NCBI GenBank assembly: GCA_036172245.1
Contig: JAYWIR010000170.1
Coordinates: 1-46,346, forward strand
DNA length: 46,346 nt
Origin: Raillietiella orientalis
Taxonomy: Eukaryota
Reading direction: 5' to 3'
Shown: piece after piece, positions 36,501 through 46,346 of the stretch
How positions within the stretch are numbered: position 1 is the stretch's first letter
Layout: each line of letters opens with the position of its first letter
Made by a program: the position numbers and the translations under genes
The notes under the pieces: generated by a model
Told to the model about the DNA's origin: nothing
Databases searched by the model: none
The model's input: the letters and a program-made list of their open reading frames with translations, nothing else

Positions 36501-39500
36501 ACTCACTGAAAATAGATGCTTCGTGAAGAGGCGCCACAGTGCAATGGTGAAATCTGATGACTTCGAAGAGGTAAAAAAACCCAAAAAGGTGCATATTTCG
36601 AACACATAATGAATCCGAGCAAAGGGAAACATTCCATTTCTTCCTCCGACACTGGTTACCATGAAAACCACACAAGGCCAAAGTGCACCACCCTAATGAG
36701 ACTTCGAACTAATCGACATGTTATCCTGAACCAAGGAAATCGGAAGGTTCTGCGGGTGTCCATCAATGAAATTTGCCACTCACACCAAATGGATGCTAAC
36801 GGATGAGACGCTAAACTGCAATGGTAAAATCTGCTGACTTCGATGTCATTACAACCCCCTAAAAGTTGCAAATTTGGACCATCAAATGAATCAGAGCCTA
36901 AGGAAACATTCTCTTTCTAACTTCCACACTGGTTACCATGAAAACCACACAGAGACCAAAGTGGCACACCCTAATGAAACTTCGAAATCATCTCAATGTT
37001 CTTCTGAACCAGGGAAATTCCAAGGATGAGCGGGTCTCCATCACGGGAATCTGCCACTCACTGCAAATGCATGCCTCGTGATGAGGCGCAAAAGTGCAAT
37101 GGTGAAATCTGCTGACTTCGAAGTGATTACAACCCCATAAAAGTTGCAAATTTAGACCATATAATGAATCATAGCGTAGGGAAACATTCTCTTTATAACT
37201 CCGACACTGGTTACCGTGAAAACCACACAGACGCCAAAGTGCTCCATCCTAATAAAACTTCGAACTCATCTCCATGTTCCCCTGAACCAAGGAAATTCGA
37301 AGATTATGCGGGTGTGCATGAATGGAATTTGCCACTCAATGCAAATAGATTTCTTGTGAAGAGGCGCAAAAGTGCAAAGGTGGAATCTGATGACTTCGAA
37401 GTGGTTACAACCCCCAAAAAGTTGCAAATTTCGACCATATAATGAATCAGAGCTTAAGAAAACATTCTCTCTCTAACTCCGACACTGGTTACCATGGAAA
37501 CCACGCAGAGGACAAACTGCCTCACCCTAATGAAACTTCGAACTCATCTCAATGTGCTTCTGAACCGAGGAAATTGCAAGGATGAGCGGGTCTCCATCAC
37601 GGGAATCTGCCACTCACTGCAAATGCATGCTTCGTGAGAAGGCGCAAAAGTGCAAAGGAGAAATCTGCTGACTTTGAAGTGGTACCAACCCTTACAAAGT
37701 TGCAAATTTCGACCATATAATGAATCATAACGTAGGGATACATTCTCTTTATAACTCCGACACTGGTTACCGTGAAAACCCCACAGACGCCAAAGTTCTC
37801 CATCCTAATAAAACTTGGGACTCATCTCCATGTTCCCCTGAACCAAGGAAATTCGAAGATTATGCGGGTGTGCATGAATGGAATTTTCCACTCACTGCAA
37901 ATAGATTCTTTTTAAAGAGGCGCAAAAGTGCAATGGTGAAATCTGCTTACTTCAAAGTGGTTACAATTCCCAAAAAGTTGCATATTTGGACTATATAGTG
38001 AATCAGAGCGAAGGGAAACATTCTCTTTATAAATCCGATACTGTTTACCATGGAAACCACGCAGAGGACAAAGTGCCTCACCCTAATGAATCTTCGAACT
38101 CATCTCAATGTTCTTCTGAACCAGGGAAATTGGATGGTTTTGCGGGTGTGCATGAAGGAAATTTGCCACTCCCTGCAAACAGATGCTTCGTGAAGAGGCG
38201 CGAAAGTGCAATGGTGAAATCTGCTGACTTCGATGTGATTACAACCCACTAAAAGTTGCAAATTTGGACAATATAATGAATCAGAGCGAATGGAAACATT
38301 GTCTTTCTTACTCCGAGTCTGGTTACCGTGAAAACCACACAGACGCCAAGGTGCTCCATCCTAATAAAACTTCGAACTCATCTCCATGTTCCCCTAAACC
38401 AAGGAAATTCGAAGATTATGCGGGTGTCCATGAATGGACTTTGCCACTCACTGCAAATAGATTTTTAGTGAGGAGGCGCAAAAGTGCATTGGTGAAATCT
38501 GCTGACTTCGAAGTGTTTACAAAATTCAAAAAGGTGCATATTTCGAACACATAATGAATCGGAACAAAGGGAAACATTCCCTCTCTACCTCCGACACTGG
38601 TTACCATGAAAACTACACAGAGGCCTAAGTGCCACACCCTAATGAAACCTCGAAATCATCTCAATGTTCTTTTGAACCAAGGAAATTGGAAGGTTGTGCG
38701 GGTTTCCATGTCGGCAAATTGCCACTGACTGCAAATAGAAGCTTCGTGAAGAGGCGCAAAAGTGCAATAGTGAAATCTGCTGTCTTCGGAGTGATCACAA
38801 CCCCCAAAAAGTCGTAAATTTGAACCATATAATGAATCAGAGCAAAGGGAAACAATCTCTTTCTAGCTCCGACACTGCTTACCATGAAAACCACACAGAA
38901 GACAAAGAGCCCCACCCTAATCAAACTTGGAACTCATCTCACTGTTCTTCTGCTCCAAGGAAATTGGAAGGTTCTGCGGGTTTCTATGTCGGTAAATTGC
39001 CACTCACTGCAAATAGATGCTTCGTGAAGAGGCGCAAAAGCGCAATGGTGAAATCTGCTGACTTCGAAGTGTTTACAAACCCCAAAAAGTTGCATATTTC
39101 GAACACATAATGAATCGGAGCAAAGGGAAACATTCACTTTCTTCCTCGGACACGGGTTACTATGAAAACCACACAAGGCCAAAGTGCACCACCCTAATGA
39201 GACTTCGAACTAATCTACATGTTATCCTGAACCAAGGAAATCGGAAGGTTCTGCGGGTGTCCATCAATGAAATTTGCCACTCACACCAAATGGATGCTAA
39301 CGGATGAGACGCTAAACTGCAATGGTAAAATCTGCTGACTTCGATGTCATTACAACCCCCTAAAAGTTGCAAATTTGGACCATCAAATGAATCAGAGCCT
39401 AAGGAAACATTCTCTTTCTAACTTCCACACTGGTTACCATGAAAACCACACAGAGACCAAAGTGGCACACCCTAATGAAACTTCGAAATCATCTCAATGT

Positions 39501-42500
39501 TCTTCTGAACCAGGGAAATTGGATGGTTGTGCGAGTGTCCATGAAGGAAATTTGCCACTCTTTGCAAATAGATGCTTCGTGAAGAGGCGCCAAAGGGCAA
39601 TGGTGAAATCTGCTCACTTCGAAGTGATTACAACCCCATAAAAGTTGCAAATTTGGACAATATAATGAATCAGAGCGAATGGAAACATTGTCTTTCTAAC
39701 TCCGACACTGGTTACCGAGAAAACTACACAGAGGCCAAACTGCCACACCCTAATGAAGCTTCGAACAAATCGCAATGTTCTTCTGAATCAAAGAAATTGG
39801 AAGTTTGTGCGGGTGTCCATGAATGGAATCTGCCACTCACACCAAATGGATGCTCCCTGATGAGACGCTAAACTGCAATGGTAAAATCTGCTGACTTCGA
39901 TGTGATTACAACCCCCTAAAAGTTGCAAATTTGGACAATATAATGAATCAGAGCGAATGGAAACATTGTCTTTCTAACTCCGACACTGGTTACCGTGAAA
40001 ACCACACAGACGCCAAAGTGATCCATCCGAATAAAACTTCGAACTCATCTCCATGTTCCCCTGAACCAAGGAAATTCCAAGGTGATGCGGGTGTCCATGA
40101 ATGGAATTTGCCACTCACTGCAAATGGAGTCTTTTTGAAGAGGCGCAAAATTGCAATGGTGAAATCCGCTGACTTCAAAGTGGTTACAATTCCAAAAAAG
40201 TTGCATATTTGGACTATATAAGGAATCAGAGCGAAGGGAAACATTCTCTTTATAACTCCGATACTGTTTACCATGGAAACCACGCAGAGGACAAAGTGCC
40301 TCACTCTAATGAAACTTCCAACTCATCTCAATGTTCTTCTGAACCAAGGAAATTGGAAGGTTGTGCGGGTGTCCTTGAAGGAAATTTGCCACTCCCTGGA
40401 AATAGATGCTTCGTGAAGAGGCGCAAAAGTGCAATGGTGAAATCTGCTGACTTCGAAGTAATTACAACCCCCTAAAAGTTGCAAATTTGGACCATATAAT
40501 GAATCATAGCGTAGGGAAACATTCTCTTTCTAACTCCGACACTGGTAACCATGGAAACCGCACAGAGGACAAAGTGTTCCACCCTAATGAAACTTCGAAC
40601 TTATCTCAATGTGCTTCTGAACCAAGGAAATTGCAAGGATGAGCGGGTCTCCATCACGGGAATCTGCCACTCACTGCAAATGCATGCTTCGTGAAGAGGC
40701 GCAAAAGTGCAATGGTGAAATCTGCTGACTTTGAAGTGGTACCAACCCTTACAAAGTTGCAAATTTAGACCATATAATCAATCAGAGTGTAGGGAAACAT
40801 TCTCTCTATAACTCCGACACTGGTTACCGTGAAAACCACACAGACGCCAAAGTACTCCATCCTAATAAAACTTCGAACTCATCTCCATGTTCCCCTGAAC
40901 CAAGGAAATTAGAAGATTATGCGGATGTCCATGAATGGAATTTGCCACTCACTGCAAATAGATTCTTTTTGAAGAGGCGGAAAAGTGCAATGGTTTCATC
41001 TGCAGACTTCGAAGTGTTTACAAACCCCAAAAAGTTGCATATTTCGGACACATAATGAATTGGAGCAAAGGGAAACATAATCTTTCTACCTCCGACACTG
41101 GTAACCGTGAAAACCACACAGACGCCAAAGTGCTCCATCCTAATAAAACTTCGAACTCATCTCCATGTTTCCCTGAACCAAGGAAATTCGAAGGTTAGGC
41201 GGGTGTCCATGAATGGAATTTGCCACTCACTGCAAATAGATTTTTAGTGAGGAGGCGCAAAAGTGCATTGGTGAAATCTGCTGACTTCGAAGTGTTTACA
41301 AAATTCAAAAAGGTGCATATTTCGAACACATAATGAATCGGAACAAAGGGAAACATTCCCTCTCTACCTCCGACACTGGTTACCATGAAACCTACACAGA
41401 GGCCTAAGTGCCACACCCTAATGAAACCTCGAAATCATCTCAATGTTCTTTTGAACCAAGGAAATTGGAAGGTTGTGCGGGTTTCCATGTCGGCAAATTG
41501 CCACTGACTGCAAATAGAAGCTTCGTGAAGAGGCGCAAAAGTGCAATAGTGAAATCTGCTGTCTTCGGAGTGATCAACACCCCCAAAAAGTCGTAAATTT
41601 GAACCATATAATGAATCAGAGCAAAGGGAAACAATCTCTTTCTAGCTCCGACACTGCTTACCGTGGAAAGCACACAGAGGACAAAGTGCCTCACTCTAAT
41701 GAAACTTCGAACTCATTTCAATGTTCTTCTGAACCAAGGAAATTGGAAGGTGGTGCGGGTTTCCATGTCGGCTAATATGCACTCACTGAAAATAGATGCT
41801 TCGTGAAGAGGCGCCACAGTGCAATGGTGAAATCTGATGACTTCGAAGTGGTAAAAAAACCCAAAAAGGTGCATATTTCGAACACATAATGAATCCGAGC
41901 AAAGGGAAACATTCCATTTCTTCCTCCGACACTGGTTATCATGAAAACCACACAAGGCCAAAGTGCACTACCCTAATGAGACTTCGAACTAATCTCCATG
42001 TTATCCTGAACCAAGGAAATCGGAAGGTTCTGCGGGTGTCCATCAATGAAATTTGCCACTCACACCAAATGGATGCTAACGGATGAGACGCTAAACTGCA
42101 ATGGTAAAATCTTCTGACTTCGATGTCATTACAACCCCCTAAAAGTTGCAAATTTGGACCATCAAATGAATCAGAGCCTAAGGAAACATTCTCTTTCTAA
42201 CTTCGACACTGGTTACCATGAAAGCCACACAGAGACCAAAGTGGCACACCCTAATGAAACTTCGACCTCATCTCAATGTTCTTCTGAACCAGGGAAATTG
42301 GATGGTTGTGCGGGTGTCCATGAAGGAAATTTGCCACTCTTTGCAAATAGATGGTTCGTGAAGAGGCGCCAAAGGGCAATGGTGAAATCTGCTCACTTCG
42401 AAGTGATTACAACCCCATAAAAGTTGCAAATTTGGACAATATAATGAATCAGAGCGAATGGAAACATTGTCTTTCTAACTCCGACACTGGTTACCGTGAA

Positions 42501-45500
42501 AACTACACAGAGGCCAAACTGCCACACCCTAATGAAGCTTCGAACAAATCTCAATGTTCTTCTGAATCAAGGAAATTGAAAGTTTGTGCGGGTGTCCTTG
42601 AAGGGAATTTGCCACTCACTGCAAATGGATGCTTCGTGAAGAGGCGCCACAGTGCAATGTTGAAATCTGCTGACTTCGAAGTGTTTACAAACCCCAAAAA
42701 GTTGCATATTTTGAACACATATTGAATCCGAGCAAAGGGAAACATTCTCTTTCTACCTCCGACACTGGTTACCATGAAAACCACACAAAAGCCAAAGTGT
42801 TCCACCCTAATGAGACTTCGAACTTATCTCCATGTTCTCCTGAACCAAGGAAATCGGAAGGTTCTGCGGGTGTCCATGAATGGAATCTGCCACTCACACC
42901 AAATGGATGCTCCCGGATAAGACGCTAAACTGCAATGGTAAAATCTGCTGACTTCGATGTGATTACAACCCCCTAAAAGTTGCATATTTGGACAATATAA
43001 TGAATCGGAGCGAATGGAAACATTGTCTGGCTAACTCCGACACTGATTACCGTGAAAACCACACAGACGCCAAAGTGCTCCATCCGAATAAAACTTCGAA
43101 CTCATCTCCATGTTCTCCTGAACCAAGGAAATTGGAAGGTTATGCGGGTGTCCATGAATGTAATTTGCCACTCACTGCAAAAGGAGTCTTTTTGAAGAGG
43201 CGCAAAAGTCCGATGGTAAAATCTGCTGACTTCGAAGTGTTTACAAACCCCAAAAAGTTGCATATTTCGGACACATAATGAATTGGAGCAAAGGGAAACA
43301 TTCTCTTTCTACCTCTGACCCTGGTTACCACGAAAACCACACAGAGGCCAAAGTGCTCCGCCCTAATGAGACTTCGAACTAATCTCCATGTTCTCCTGAA
43401 CCAAGGAAATCGGAAGGTTCTGCGGGTGTCCATGAATGGAATCTGCCACTTACACCAAATGGATTCTCCCGGATGAGACCCTAAACTGCAATGGTAAAAT
43501 CTGCTGACTTCGATGTGATTACAACCCCCTAAAAGTTGCAAATTTGGACAATATAATGAATCAGAGCGATTGGAGACATTGTCTTTCTAACTCTCACACT
43601 GGTTACCGTGAAAACCACACAGAGGCAAAAGTGCTCCACCCTAATAAAACTTCGAACTCATCTCCATGTTCCCCTGAACCAAGGAAATTCGAAGGTTATG
43701 CGGGTGTCCATGAATGGAATTTGCCACTCACTGCAAATAGATTTCTTGTGAAGAGGCGCAAAAGTGCAAAGGTGGAATCTGATGACTTCGAAGTGGTTAC
43801 AACCCCCAAAAAGTTGCAAATTTCGACCATATGATGAATCAGAGCAAAGGGAAACATTCTATTTATAACTTCGACACTGGTTACTATGAAAACCAGACGG
43901 AAGCCAAAGTGCCCCACCCTAATGAAACTTCGAACTCATCTCAATGTTCTTCTGAACCAAGGAAATTCCAAGGATGAACGGGTCTCCATCACGGGAATCT
44001 GCCACTCACTGCAAATGCATGCCTCGTGATGAGGCGCAAAAGTGCAATGGTGAAATCTGCTGACTTCGAAGTGATTACAACCCCATAAAAGTTGCAAATT
44101 TGGACCAGATCATGAATCAGAGCGTAGCGAAACATTCTCTTCATGTCTCCGACACTGGTTACCGTGAAAACCACAGAGACCCCAAAGTGCTCCATCCTAA
44201 TAAAACTTCGAACTTATCTCCATGTTCCCCTGAACCAAGGAAATTCGAAGATTATGCGGGTGTCCATGAATGGAATTTTCCACTCACTGCAAATACATTC
44301 TTTTTGAAGAGGCGCAAAATTGCAATGGTGAAATCCGCTGACTTCACAGTGGTTACAATTCCAAAAAAGTTGCATATTTGGACTATATAATGAATCAGAG
44401 CGAAGGGAAACATTCTCTTTATAACTCCGATACTGTTTACCATGGAAACCACGCAGAGGACAAAGTGCCTCACTCTAATGAAACTTCCAACTCATCTCAA
44501 TGTTCTTCTCAACCAAGGAAATTGGAAGGTTGTGCGGGTGTCCTTGAATTAAATTTGCCACTTCCTGGAAATAGATGCTTCGTGAAGACGCGCAAAAGTG
44601 CAATGGTGAAATCTCCTGACTTCGAAGTAATTACAACCCCCTAAAAGTTGCAAATTTGGACCATATAATGAATCATAGCGTAGGGAAACATTCTCTTTCT
44701 AACTCCGACACTGGTAACCATGGAAACCGCACAGAGGACAAAGTGCCTCACTCTAATGAAACTTCGAACTCATCTCAATGTGCTTCTGAAACAAGGAAAT
44801 TGCATGGATGAGCGGGTGTCCATGAAGGGAATTTGCCACTCACTGCAAATAGATTCTTTTTGAAGAGCCGCAAAAGTGCAAAGGTGGAATCTGATGACTT
44901 CGAAGTGGTTACAACCCCCAAAAAGTTTCAAATTTGGACCATATAATGAATCAGAGCGTAGGGAAACATTCTCTTTCTAACTACGACACTGGTTACCATG
45001 AAAACCACACAGAGGACAAAGTGCCTCACTCTAATGAAACTTCGAACTCATCTCAATGTGCTTCTGAAACAAGGAAATTGCAAGGATGTGCGGGTGTCCA
45101 TGAAGGGAATTTGCCACTCACTGCAAATAGATTCTTTTTGAAGAGCCGCAAAAGTGCAATGGTGAAATCTGCTGACTGCGAAGTGTTTACAACCCCCAAA
45201 AAGTTGCATATTTCGGACACATAATGAATTGGAGCAAAGGGAAACATCCTCTTTCTACCTCCGACCCTGGTTACCATGAACACCACACAGAGGCCAAAGT
45301 GCTCCACCCTAATAAAACTTCGAACTCATCTCCATGTTCCCCTGAACCAAGGAAATTCGAAGGTTAGGCGGGTGTCCATGAATGGAATTTGCCACTCACT
45401 GCAAATAGATTTCTTGTGAAGAGGCGCAAAAGTGCAAAGGTGGAATCTGATGACTTCGAAGTGGTTACAACCCCCAAAAAGGTGCAAATTTCGACCATAT

Positions 45501-46346
45501 AATGAATCAGAGCAAAGGGAAACATTCTCTTTCTAACTCCGACACTGGTAACCATGGAAACCGCACAGAGGACAAAGTGCCTCACTCTAATGAAACTTCG
45601 AACTCATCTCAATGTTCTTCTGAACTAAGGAAATTCCAAGGATGAGCGGGTCTCCATCACGGGAATCTGCCACTCACTGCAAATGCATGCTTCGTGAAGA
45701 GGCGCAAAAGTGCAATGGTGAAATCTGCTGACTTTGAACTGGTACCAACCCTTGCAAAGTTGCAAATTTAGACCATATAATGAATCAGAGCGTAGGGAAA
45801 CATTCTCTTTATAACTCCGACACTGGTTACCGTGAAAACCACACAGACGCCAAAGTGCTCGATCCTAATGAAACTTCGACCTGATCTCAATGTTCTTCTG
45901 AACCAAGGAAATTGGAAGGTTGTGCGGGTGTTCATGAAGGAAATTTGCGACTCCTTGCAAATAGATGCTTCGTGAAGAGGCGCAAAAGTGCAATGGTGAA
46001 ATCTGCTGACTTCGAAGTGCTTACAGCCCCATAAAAGTTGCAAATTTGGACAATATAATGAATCAGAGCGAATGGAAACATTGTCTTTCTAACTTTGACA
46101 CTGGTTACCGTGAAAACTGCACAGAGGCCAAACTGCCACACCCTAATGAAACATCGAACTTCTCTTCATGTTCTTCTGAACCAAGGAAATTGGTTGGTTC
46201 TGCGGTTGTCCATGAATGGAATTTCCCTCCCACACCAAATGGATGCTATCGGATGAAACGCTAAAGTGCAATGGTTAATCTGCTGACTTCGAAGTCATTA
46301 CAACTTCATAAAAGTTGCAAATTTGGACAATATAATGAATCAGAGC
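18545..46346 (+). repeat. Diverged (older) satellite domain with many monomer subtypes
   Basis: Adjacent monomers differ at many sites. Tail variants that are rare or absent on the left become common (gtttacaaaccccaaaaagttgcatatttcg, gtcttcggagtgatcac, ggtaccaacc). Indels of 1 bp are more frequent. Confidence 0.85.
34518..39513 (+). repeat. Tandem duplication of a 9-monomer (~2.5-kb) block: copy 1 ~34518-37012, copy 2 ~37013-39513
   Basis: Rare variants repeat at offsets of 2495-2501 bp, e.g. cataacgtagggatac, tactccgagtctgg, gtgaggaggcgc and catcaaatgaatc. ORF-track pairs 34669/37164, 35485/37986, 35763/38264 and 36128/38629 are identical or nearly so. Confidence 0.92.

Larger units (their letters stand above)
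1..46346 (+). repeat. Tandem satellite DNA array, 278-bp monomer, ~167 head-to-tail copies, running off both window ends
   Basis: The motif aaagttgcaaatttggac..ataatgaatcagagc recurs every 278 bp (197, 475, 753, 1031, 1309 ... 46046, 46323). From 197 to 46323 is 46126 bp, i.e. 166 units with a net loss of only ~22 bp. I saw no inversion or non-satellite insertion. Confidence 0.99.

Noticed and set aside
872..46141. Minus-strand ORFs of 60-174 aa
   Set aside because: These are antisense read-throughs of the same monomer with inconsistent starts and ends, and they cross monomer junctions at random.
197..46264. Repeated 88-96 aa plus-strand ORFs (MDHIMNQSLGKH...) as a tandem gene family
   Set aside because: They nominally start at TTG with no ribosome-binding site and fill nearly the whole monomer. 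Many variants carry stops or frameshifts, substitutions are mostly amino-acid changing, and I recognise no domain. This is expected from an open frame in a repeated unit. Ribosome profiling or dN/dS well below 1 would be needed to revive the idea.
1..46346. CRISPR array or a diversity-generating cassette array
   Set aside because: There are no unique spacers. The variable parts are homologous alleles of the same positions, and no cas, reverse transcriptase or recombinase gene is present.

Overview
The whole 46,346-bp window is one uninterrupted head-to-tail tandem array of a 278-bp monomer. It holds about 167 copies, all on the same strand, and the reference copy at 197-474 is about 42% GC by hand count. 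This is satellite DNA, most plausibly eukaryotic centromeric, pericentromeric or other heterochromatin. I do not recognise the family or organism. There are no credible genes, RNA genes, transposons or CRISPR arrays, and the ORF track simply reflects the repeat. The interesting signal is internal. (1) A highly homogenised domain (~1-18.5 kb) gives way to an older, diverged domain (~18.5-46.3 kb), with islands of each inside the other. (2) There are irregular higher-order repeats, including a 9-monomer tandem duplication whose crossover maps to a 7-bp window. (3) The monomer looks like a fossil dimer of ~139-bp units. (4) The recently expanded variant has more perfect dyad symmetry than the older ones. 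(5) GA>TT/TC>AA and GG>TT/CC>AA doublet substitutions recur. I found no evidence of a novel gene-based system. All comparisons were made by eye.
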